A stretch of DNA of 63,692 nucleotides, counting the filler, from an uncultured Gemmatimonadota bacterium (GTDB taxonomy: Bacteria; Blakebacterota; Blakebacteria; Blakebacterales; Blakebacteraceae): NCBI GenBank assembly GCA_964576115.1. It is 12 parts of 12 records of this genome, joined end to end, with 100 filler letters (N's around TTAATTAATTAA, not from the genome) between each part and the next. Parts side by side here need not be neighbours in the genome. Positions count along the whole stretch, not along the records: positions 14,377 to 20,370 come from CAZNUA010000100.1; positions 20,471 to 26,427 come from CAZNUA010000101.1; positions 26,528 to 32,416 come from CAZNUA010000102.1; 9 more parts are not named here. One strand, written 5' to 3'. This document shows, one piece after another, positions 18,201 through 26,595 of this stretch. The translations under genes were made by a program, and so were the position numbers. Below the pieces are notes generated by a model. It had not been told where the DNA came from. It ran no database searches and saw nothing but the letters and a program-made list of their open reading frames with translations. How positions within the stretch are numbered: the stretch's first letter is position 1; every line of letters starts with the position of its first letter.

Positions 18201-20216
18201 GTGCGCCGGCAGCCAATCCCCCTCATCAGAGCCTTCAACCGGACCACGGCCGCTATGCTTCTGGTGGCGGTTTTCAGTCTTTTGGTGATGAGTACGCCTG
18301 TGTACGCCGAGCAGGCCCCTCCGCCTGAACCGGCCGCCGCCGAACCGGTCACCGGGTTCTCCTCCGCCGACTGCCCGACCCAATTATCCCTGGTCCCGGT
18401 CACCTGGCTGGATACCACGCCTCGGATCGACGGTCGTCTCGATCCCGAACTGGAGCACCTGCCGATCCGCACTTTCCCGGTCATAGAGAACCTCTCTCGA
18501 GAGCCGGAGGTTCCCGGGGCGCGCTGGCGGATCGGCTACGGGATCGATTTCCTCTACCTCTATCTCGAAGCCGACGCCGATGAGTTCACCTTCCGCGACC
18601 GGGCGTATCAGAACGGTGACGGCTTCCACCTGCTGATCGCCGACCCCCGCGCCGATGAGGCCCCGACCGACGAGTTCTACCTGCTGGCCTGCTCGGCTGT
18701 GAACGACCGGCGCCTGGAGTGGTCGCGCCGGATCTTCTGGTACTACAACGTCGATACCATCTTCCGGCGCACGAGCGAGGCCACCCGGCTGGAGTCCGCC
18801 GCCCAGGGGGGCACGATCGGTTTCGAACTCCTCCTGCCCTGGTCCGATGTACCCCCCTACCATCCCTGGCTCTCCGACGGTATCGGCTTCAATCTCTGCT
18901 TCGTCAAGGCCCTGCCCGACGGTGGCCGGAGCCGGTATTCGGTTCTGGACGATCCCGACCTGCGGGCCGAGTACCGGCCGCGCCGCTATGCCCGGCTGAC
19001 TTTCTCCGAGCCGGCTCCCGGATCCGAGGCCCGGACCTTCGTGCGCCCCGACGTGCGCCATGTCGTCCGCGGCCGACCGGCGCAGGTCTCGGCAGCCACC
19101 CTCTCCGCCGGGCCTTTCGTGGAAAGCATCGACATTTTCATCGAATCGCCCGACCGCACCGGTCCCTCGGTCTGGACCCGGATGGAGTACACCCTTTCGG
19201 CCGGTGTCGGCCGCTACACCTGGACCACTCCCGACCTGAACCTGCCCCCCGGCAACTATGTCCTGCGCTATGAATCGGCCCAGAGCGGTATCAGCGGCCA
19301 GACCGATCTGACCGTCCGGCGCGCCTTCGATCCGGTCGCCCTGCTCTCACGCCTGGCCGAAGTGGACGGAACTCTGGCCGAGTCCAGCCGCACCACCCTG
19401 GCCCTGCATATCTACGAAACGGCCGAGGGACTCGATGGGCTCAAATCCTACGAGACCGGCGGAGCGCTCCTGACCGCCGTCGAGGATATCCTCCTGACGA
19501 TCGAAGCCGCCGAAGCCGGCCGCGATCTGATCGCAGAACGGACCGGCTACGTGCGTCGGGCCTACCACTCAACACTCGACGGTTCACTGCAGCCTTATCT
19601 GGTCAAGATCCCCCGCCGGCTCGAAGAGGAACGCACCTATCCTCTCATCGTCTACCTGCATGGCAGCGCTTCGACCGAGCAGGACCTGCGCGGCTTCGAT
19701 TTCCTCGTACCCGACGAAGCCTTCGGATTGGCTCCGTTCGGGCGCGGACCCTCGACGGGCTGGTGTACCGGGAACGCCCAGACCGACATCGCCGAGGCGA
19801 TCGCGGCCGTGAGGGCCGCATTTCCGATCGATCCCGATCGGATCGTCCTGACCGGATTTTCGATGGGGGGGTACGGCGTGCTGCGGACCTGGCTCGACTC
19901 GCCCGCCGCATTCAGGGGCCTGGCGGTATTGAGCGGCGAGCCCTATCCCCTGCGCTCGCTCCAGCCTGCCGACGGCTGTCCCGATCTGCGCACCGCAGAC
20001 CACGCCGCCCGCTTTGCCGGAGTACCCCTGTTCATCTATCACGGCGAGGCGGACCAAAACTGTCCCTACGACGACATGCAGGCCTTCACGGCCGAACTGG
20101 AAGCGGCCGGAGCCCGGGTCACCTTCGTCACCGGCGCCGGTCAGGGACACGGCCAGCCCGACCGGGCCGCCCAGCGCCGCTATCTGACCTGGCTGCGCGA
20201 GATTCTGGAACGCTGA
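18201..20216 (+). CDS. Secreted CBM9/DOMON-like domain fused to an alpha/beta hydrolase (esterase/peptidase)
   Basis: N-terminal PRIDGRLD..LYLYLEA..FELLLPWS..IGFNL. C-terminal DGSLQPY, YPLIVYLHGS, nucleophile GFSMGG, YHGEADQN, GQGHG (Ser-Asp-His triad). Confidence 0.85.
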   Translation: MRRQPIPLIRAFNRTTAAMLLVAVFSLLVMSTPVYAEQAPPPEPAAAEPVTGFSSADCPTQLSLVPVTWLDTTPRIDGRLDPELEHLPIRTFPVIENLSREPEVPGARWRIGYGIDFLYLYLEADADEFTFRDRAYQNGDGFHLLIADPRADEAPTDEFYLLACSAVNDRRLEWSRRIFWYYNVDTIFRRTSEATRLESAAQGGTIGFELLLPWSDVPPYHPWLSDGIGFNLCFVKALPDGGRSRYSVLDDPDLRAEYRPRRYARLTFSEPAPGSEARTFVRPDVRHVVRGRPAQVSAATLSAGPFVESIDIFIESPDRTGPSVWTRMEYTLSAGVGRYTWTTPDLNLPPGNYVLRYESAQSGISGQTDLTVRRAFDPVALLSRLAEVDGTLAESSRTTLALHIYETAEGLDGLKSYETGGALLTAVEDILLTIEAAEAGRDLIAERTGYVRRAYHSTLDGSLQPYLVKIPRRLEEERTYPLIVYLHGSASTEQDLRGFDFLVPDEAFGLAPFGRGPSTGWCTGNAQTDIAEAIAAVRAAFPIDPDRIVLTGFSMGGYGVLRTWLDSPAAFRGLAVLSGEPYPLRSLQPADGCPDLRTADHAARFAGVPLFIYHGEADQNCPYDDMQAFTAELEAAGARVTFVTGAGQGHGQPDRAAQRRYLTWLREILER

Positions 20217-20269
20217 TCATCCCATGGGCAACTGCACTTGGAGCCGGTTCGGGACCGGATAAGAAGATC

Positions 20270-20356
20270 TGGCGGAGGGCCGGGGACTCGAACCCCGAAG
20301 GGCTTGCGCCCGGCGGTTTTCAAGACCGCTGCCTTACCAGTTAGGTCTAGCCCTCC
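20270..20356 (-). tRNA. tRNA-Ser (anticodon TGA), CCA encoded
   Basis: GGAGGGC acceptor stem pairs with GCCCTCC-G-CCA. Anticodon arm GCGGT-CTTGAAA-ACCGC; long variable arm GGGC-GCAA-GCCC; T-arm CGGGG-TTCGAGT-CCCCG. Confidence 0.96.
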
Positions 20357-20518
20357 GCGCCAATGTTCATNNNNNNNNNNNNNNNNNNNNNNNNNNNNNN
20401 NNNNNNNNNNNNNNTTAATTAATTAANNNNNNNNNNNNNNNNNNNNNNNNNNNNNNNNNNNNNNNNNNNNGGCATGAATGGTACTCCTGTTCACAGTCCA
20501 TAACTTATGAATATTGCA

Positions 20519-20672
20519 TATACATAATATATGATGTATACAAATCGCACGCAATGGACCTTCCTCCATCCCCCACCTCTACGCTGCCGGCGGATATCAC
20601 CGGCAGAGCGAGAATTCCCCGTAACCTTTTCCTCATATTCACGTTTTACATATAAGTACAATACATATATGT
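20519..20672. promoter_or_regulatory. AT-rich divergent promoter region with palindromes upstream of PadR
   Basis: TATACAT-N8-ATGTATA at 20519-40; ACATATAAGT (20648-57) and ACATATATGT (20663-72). A minus-strand AGGAG..ATG at 20475 marks a divergent gene lost at the contig edge. Confidence 0.55.
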
Positions 20673-20711
20673 CCCAGGATCAGCCTCCCTCCAGATGGAA
20701 GGTCGGATGTG

Positions 20712-21083
20712 ATGACGGACACGTCGCACCGCAGTCCGGGGAATTTCCTCCCTATGAGCCCCACCGATTTCCAGGTCCTGCTCGCCCTGGCTCGCGAGCC
20801 GCTGCACGGCTACGCCATCATGAAGGTCGTGGAGGAAACATCGGGCGGCCGCCTGAATATCGAGATTGGTTCTCTGTACCGGATCATCGCCCGGCTCTCG
20901 AGTTCGGGTCTGATCGAAGAGAACGGTGAATCCAATTCCGAGCCCCGGCCCGGTCGCAAGCGCCGCATCTATACGCTGACACCGCTGGGACGCGCTGTGG
21001 CCCGGGCCGAAGCCCGCCGGCTGAGCGATACCCTCGCACTGGCCCGATCCGAAAAGCTGCTCACCGATCCAGAGGCTCTGTGA
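20712..21083 (+). CDS. PadR-family transcriptional regulator
   Basis: LPMSPTDFQVLLALAREPLHGYAIMK..GSLYRIIARL..GLIEE..RRIYTLTPLGR. Confidence 0.93.
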   Translation: MTDTSHRSPGNFLPMSPTDFQVLLALAREPLHGYAIMKVVEETSGGRLNIEIGSLYRIIARLSSSGLIEENGESNSEPRPGRKRRIYTLTPLGRAVARAEARRLSDTLALARSEKLLTDPEAL

Positions 21084-23833
21084 TGAACGTGGACGCAGAT
21101 TCCCAGACGGTGACCGGATCGGGGGCAGATGGCATTCCGCTCGCCCTGCGCTTCTACCGTACCCTGCTCGGTCTCTATCCCCGGGATTTCCGGGAGGCCT
21201 ACGGCGCTGACATGTGCGCGGCTTTTCGGGACCGGTATGAGGACCGTCTTACCGGAGAGCAAGAAGGAGGGGGGGCTCGAATCCGAACGGCTCTGGTCAT
21301 GCTCTGCTCAGCCGGTTCCGACACGGTCCGCAACGCGATCTCCGAACGCCTGAACAGTTCGCTCAGACCGCCCGACGGCGGTCCGATCAAAGGCCGGGCC
21401 TCCCGGCCCTCCCGGGGCCGGTGGCTGACCTGGTTCGGGGAGGATCTGCGGCAGGCGCTGCGGAGAGCGCTCCGGCAGCCGGGCTTCACGCTGGTCGTGG
21501 CTTTGACTCTGGCCCTCGGGATCGGGGCCAATACGGCCCTGTTCAGCGTGCTGCACGGTGTTCTCCTCAGCCCCCTGCCCTACCCCGAACCTGATCAGAT
21601 CGTGCTCCTCTTCGAACGCGAAGTCGATCTCGGCTGGGAGCGCAACGCCTTCCCGCCGGGGAACATCCGGGCCTATCAGCAACAGAACACGACCTTCGAG
21701 ACGATCGGTGCGTATTTCAACACCTCCGCGACACTGACCGGTGACGGTGACCCGGAACGGGTGGCCGTACAGGGTGTGACGTCCGAGGTGCTGGCCGCCC
21801 TGCGGGTACGCCCCCATCTGGGCCGGCTGCTGCAGCCCGGTGATGAGGTGCCCGGTCATGATCGGGTGGTGGTGCTCAGTTACCGTTTCTGGCAGAACCG
21901 CTTCGGCGCCGATCCCGACGCGGTCGGGCGCAGCCTGATCGTGGATGGTCAGGCCCATACCGTGGTCGGAATCCTGCCCGAGGACTTTCGCTTCCCGAAT
22001 GGAGCCCCTGAACTCTGGTTGCCCCTGGCCCTGGGCGAAGCGGGCTGGGCGGAGCGGCGGAACCACTTCCTGTCGGGTATCGGGCGCCTGCGCTCCGGAG
22101 TCGGGATCGATGACGGGCTGGCGGATCTGACCGCGATCGCGCACCGGCGTGAAGAGGAGTATCCCAATACCAACCCGGGGAGTCTGGTGAATGTGTTCGG
22201 GCTGCGCGACGTCATGGTCGGCGACGTCGAACAGCCTCTTTGGCTGATGATGGCCGCCGCGGCCTTCGTCCTGCTGATCGCCTGCGCCAATGTGGCCAAT
22301 CTCTTCCTGGCCCGGGGGCTGGCCCGGGAACGTGAATTCGCCGTCCGGGGCGCCCTGGGCGCCGGCCGCCGGCGCCTGCTCCATCTGCTGACAACCGAGA
22401 GCCTGCTGCTGGCTGTGATCGGCGGGGCCGCGGGTATTTTCCTGGCCTGGCTGGGGCTTGAAACCGTGCGGGTACTCAATCCAGGGAACCTGCCGCGGAT
22501 CGAAACCATCGGCATCAACGGCCCGGTGCTCCTTTTCTGCGCTCTTGTCACCCTCCTGACCAGTCTGCTGTTCGGGATCGCCCCGGCTTTTCTGATCGCC
22601 CGTTCCAAACTGGTCAATTCGCTGCGGGCGGGCTCGGCCCGGCTGACCCAGAGCACCGCCTCACGACGGGCGAAGAACATCCTGGCTGTGATCCAGATAG
22701 CGGCCGCGGTCGTGCTCCTGGCCGGAGCCGGACTGCTGATCCGCAGCTTCGTCCGTCTGCAGCGGGTCGATCCCGGCTTTACGAGCGAGAGTGTGCTGCA
22801 GGCCACGATCTCTCTAGCGGGTGAGAGGTACCGGACCACAACCGCCGTTCACAACTTCCAGCAGGAACTGACGAACGGACTCGTGCGGGCACCGGCTATC
22901 GAGCAGGCGGGCGAGGTGTCGAACCCGCCCATGTCCATGGCTCCCCAGATATTTCTGCGTATCGAGGGTCGGGAGCCGGAGGGTGATCAGCCGCCCGTGG
23001 TCAGCCGTATTTACGCCTCCTCCAGGTACTTCGCAGTTCTCGACCTGACTCTTCTCGAGGGTCGTCTGTTCGATGACCTAGATCACATCGAAGCCCCCGG
23101 CGTGGTGGTCATCACGCAATCGATGGCCGAACGGCACTGGCCCGATGAGAGTCCTCTTGGTCGGATCGTTCGGATCGGTCCGCGTGAAACCCCGCCTCTG
23201 GAAGTGATCGGCGTGGTCTCCGACCTGCGCCAGTACGGCCTGCGCTACGGGGCTTTCCCCACCGCCTTCCTGTCCCTGTCTCAGGTTCGGATCAGCAGCT
23301 TCACCGTCATGATGAAGGTCAGCGTGGACCCGTCCGCAGCTCTCACCCATCTGCGCGCCACGGTACGGGATCTCGATCCCAACCTTCCTCTGACCGGCGT
23401 CAGCACCCTCGACGATGTCCTCTCGGCCAATGTCGCCCGGCCCCGCTTCACCATGTTCCTGGCCGCCGCCTTTGCGGCCGTGGCCCTGGTACTGGCGGTG
23501 GTGGGGATCTACAGCGTGCTGGCCTACGCCGTGTCCCAGCGCACCCACGAGCTGGGGATCCGCCTGGCCCTGGGCGCGGAGCGGGCCCGGATCATCTCGC
23601 TGGTGCTGCGCCAGGGGCTGGCGCTCACCGGTCTGTCTCTGGCGCTGGGACTGCCCCTGGCCTGGCTGTTCACCCGGACGATGGAGAGTCTGCTCTACCA
23701 GATCACGACCACCGATCCCGTCACCTTTGTTGGCCTGGCTCTCGTGATCGCGGTTTCCGCGCTGGCGGCCTGCCTGATACCGGCGGTCCGGGCGGCAGGA
23801 GTGAATCCGCTCGGGGCCATGCGGCAGGAGTAA
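21083..23833 (+). CDS. Duplicated orphan ABC permease (ADOP; 2x MacB_PCD + FtsX)
   Basis: PGFTLVVALTLALGIGANTALFSV, LLIACANVANL, REFAVRGALGAGR, RTHELGIRLALGA. TGATG coupling to PadR; no ATPase gene nearby. Confidence 0.95.
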   Translation: MNVDADSQTVTGSGADGIPLALRFYRTLLGLYPRDFREAYGADMCAAFRDRYEDRLTGEQEGGGARIRTALVMLCSAGSDTVRNAISERLNSSLRPPDGGPIKGRASRPSRGRWLTWFGEDLRQALRRALRQPGFTLVVALTLALGIGANTALFSVLHGVLLSPLPYPEPDQIVLLFEREVDLGWERNAFPPGNIRAYQQQNTTFETIGAYFNTSATLTGDGDPERVAVQGVTSEVLAALRVRPHLGRLLQPGDEVPGHDRVVVLSYRFWQNRFGADPDAVGRSLIVDGQAHTVVGILPEDFRFPNGAPELWLPLALGEAGWAERRNHFLSGIGRLRSGVGIDDGLADLTAIAHRREEEYPNTNPGSLVNVFGLRDVMVGDVEQPLWLMMAAAAFVLLIACANVANLFLARGLAREREFAVRGALGAGRRRLLHLLTTESLLLAVIGGAAGIFLAWLGLETVRVLNPGNLPRIETIGINGPVLLFCALVTLLTSLLFGIAPAFLIARSKLVNSLRAGSARLTQSTASRRAKNILAVIQIAAAVVLLAGAGLLIRSFVRLQRVDPGFTSESVLQATISLAGERYRTTTAVHNFQQELTNGLVRAPAIEQAGEVSNPPMSMAPQIFLRIEGREPEGDQPPVVSRIYASSRYFAVLDLTLLEGRLFDDLDHIEAPGVVVITQSMAERHWPDESPLGRIVRIGPRETPPLEVIGVVSDLRQYGLRYGAFPTAFLSLSQVRISSFTVMMKVSVDPSAALTHLRATVRDLDPNLPLTGVSTLDDVLSANVARPRFTMFLAAAFAAVALVLAVVGIYSVLAYAVSQRTHELGIRLALGAERARIISLVLRQGLALTGLSLALGLPLAWLFTRTMESLLYQITTTDPVTFVGLALVIAVSALAACLIPAVRAAGVNPLGAMRQE

Positions 23834-23935
23834 CTCCGAACCGGGATCGACACGGCAGTCTGTATCAACAAATCGGTGGGTGGATGAACTGTCCTCAATT
23901 TCTGTTTCCGTCAGGTGCTTGAAATGCACACGTAT

Positions 23936-23968
23936 CGGCTGATTTGAAAGGCTGTCACAAATCAGCCG
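23936..23968. terminator. Hairpin between convergent genes
   Basis: CGGCTGATTTG-N11-CAAATCAGCCG, a perfect 11-bp stem; no clear U tract. Confidence 0.5.
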
Positions 23969-24022
23969 CTATGCTCATAAACGGTACGTTGCCGGAAACG
24001 ATGCGATAAACCGAGGATTTGC

Positions 24023-26427
24023 TTACTTGATATAGGTCAATTTCTTCGACAGCCGGTGCCGGCCGGCCTGGATCAGGTAGATATAGATCCCCGAAGCGAC
24101 CTGGCGACTGTCGTCGCTTTTGCCCTCCCAGGTGATACGGTGATAGCCCGGCTCCATCTGCTGATCAAGCAGGGTGGCCACCCGCTGACCGCGAACGTTG
24201 TAGATATACATCCGCACCCGCTGCCTGGTTGGGAGCTGGAAGCGGATCGTGGTCTGCCCGTTGAACGGATTGGGGTAGTTCTGCAGCAGGGCGAACTCAT
24301 CGGGGATACGGACAGCGGTGACATTCGTGGTATAGATCCCTGCAGTGAGTACCTCTGCCCGGCTGGTTCTGAGATCGTATTCGATGCTGACTTCTGAATT
24401 CTCGCGCGAGAGCTTCTCGAACTGCAGTGTCGCCAGCCGGCCCCCGCCCGATACGTCGGGCTCATCCGGATCGATCCGCCCGAACATGAGTTCGATCAGA
24501 CCGGCTTCTTCATCGACCCGTTCCACGAAGAGCAAGTTCGGATCGCTGCCCCCCGTTCGTCCCAGGAAGGTTCCTGGCTGAACATCACTGAAACTGAGGT
24601 GGCGGGTGTCATAGTGCAGCGTGATACCCGCCGAGATGAGCCCTGTCACATTGTGCGCTTCGAGATAGAGGTCCAGAAAACCGCTGTCGGGTGCCCAGAC
24701 ATCTTCCGGCTCGGGTTGTTCGAGCATAATCGGATGCTGACGCTGGAACTGAACGACACGAGTCTGATCGGGTTCGGCGACTGCGAACCGCCCGGATGAA
24801 ACAGCCGAGTTGGAACCTGCTGAAGCGAGATTGACAGTCGACCAGGTCCACATCTGCAGGTAGACCGTGAAATCCTCGAAGTCGATCTGACCGTCACACG
24901 TTGGCACGAGATCTGGCACCGTCCCCGTGGCCGGGCCGATGTCGCAGTAGGTATCCTGTTCGTTCCAGGCGGTGACCAGGGTAGCGAAATCGGCAAAATC
25001 AACACAGACATCCCCGGTGAAATCCCCGACGTAGTTTGCCACTGTGAAATATCCAGAGGTGACTGCACTTCCTGAATCGTGGTCTGCCGGCGTGAGTTTC
25101 ACCAGCATGCTGTCGGTCTTGCCATATCCGCAGTCATCGAAAGAACGCCAGAGCACCGAAGTGGAGTAGTCTGCCGGCAGCAGGTCACCGAACCCGCTAA
25201 GGAGCGTCATCTCCTGCCAGGTGATTCCCTTGTCGATCGACCACCAGCCGGCGATATCGACCGTATCGCTTTCGCTGTCTGAGATCTCACATGCCAGTGC
25301 GATATCACGGCCAACGACAGTTGTAGGTGACGTTAGAGACAACACCGGCGGTTCGTTGTTATCGATGTGCAGCACAAGGTGTTCGCCGAAACCGGTGTTG
25401 TACGGATCGCTCGGTGTGATGCGGAAGGTCACAACCTCGGCATCGACCCCTGCCAGGTCTGTGCCGGAATGCCAGGTTACGTTGCCGGTATACTCATCCG
25501 GCCCCGAAAGCGCGGCACTTCCCGTGACCGTGGCGGTGTGCCAGCTGCCGGCCGGATAGGCGTATTCGAAAACCAGATCAATCGGATCGGAGTTGATATC
25601 ATCCACGACATACTCTACTGACACATCGCCGCTCAGCTCATCTCCCGGTTCAGTCGTCACCTCGAGCGTCGGCACGCCCAGAGAGTTCACGAACACTGTT
25701 CGTTCAGCGGATGAGCCTTGATCATTGTCAGACGGTGTTATCCGAAAGAGGACTTCCTGGGTGGCATCCGGCAGGTCCCGACCGGCAAACCAGGTCAGGC
25801 TATCGTTATAGGCATCGGCACTGATACCCGCTGATGTCCCCTGGGTGTGTGCCGCGAGCCAGCTCGAACCGTCATCAATGCTGTATTCACCCTGAATCGC
25901 AAGCGTATCCGACTCAGGATCATCGAGCTGGTAGGCAAACCTCCAGGTCGTATCAGCTGGTGTATAGACAGTTTCCGAGATCGAGATAGAGGGAGGTGTA
26001 TTATTGTCGAGATGGAAAGTGATCTCATCGGCGTTGCCGATCTCGATATCATTGTCGATGACTGATATTCTGAACCTGACGTCAGCGAGATCGCAACCCG
26101 GCAGATCGCTTGCCGATTGCCAGAGAAGAGTCCCGGAGTACGAGTCGGCCTCGATCGCAGTCGTATCTGATGAGGTCGTCACGCTCTGCCACGATACGCC
26201 GTCATTGATTGAAAATGCCGGACTCAGATTACAGGGATCACTTTCCACATCGGTGATCGCGTATTCAATCGAAACGTTACCTGTAACTTCTTCACTGATA
26301 TCCGAGATCGAGATCTCAGGATTGCTGTTCGTATCCTCCGGCACGAAATCGACCGAGAGAGTTCCGGCTTCGTTGCCGTAGAGATCCTGGATACCGGTTG
26401 CTTGGAGAGTGATTGGCGCAAAGGGAA
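24023..26427 (-). CDS. C-terminal part of a giant secreted repeat protein: four beta-sandwich modules, dockerin-like, cohesin-like and T9SS/FlgD-Ig CTD
   Basis: Frame is open to the contig edge (PFAPITLQATGIQDLYGNE). Repeats of IEYxIxDxExD..SxDxGxxW..WxS..DL..FRITPxD. Dockerin-like GDFTGDVCVDFADFATL and DGQIDFEDF; cohesin-like LHYDTRHLSFSDVQPG..VSGGGRLATLQF; CTD LLQNYPNPFN..SGIYIY..KKLTYIK. Confidence 0.85.
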
Positions 26428-26527
26428 NNNNNNNNNNNNNNNNNNNNNNNNNNNNNNNNNNNNNNNNNNNNTTAATTAATTAANNNNNNNNNNNNNNNNN
26501 NNNNNNNNNNNNNNNNNNNNNNNNNNN

Positions 26528-26590
26528 CCGAAAGGTACCGAGGATATGAACATCCGCGCCTTCAAGCTGGGACAGGAGCGGGTGGTCTGA
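26528..26590 (+). CDS. C-terminal 20 aa of a probable 2-oxoacid:acceptor oxidoreductase gamma subunit
   Basis: PKGTEDMNIRAFKLGQERVV* resembles the VPKGTEExNxxAFxxG ending of KorC/PorG-type gamma subunits. Only 20 residues are visible. Confidence 0.55.
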   Translation, partial: PKGTEDMNIRAFKLGQERVV

Positions 26591-26595
26591 GCGAC

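Noticed and set aside
20270-20356. Possible tRNA-Sec or tRNA integration site
   Set aside because: The anticodon is TGA (Ser), not TCA, with a normal 7-bp acceptor stem. No integrase or duplicated 3' end is seen.
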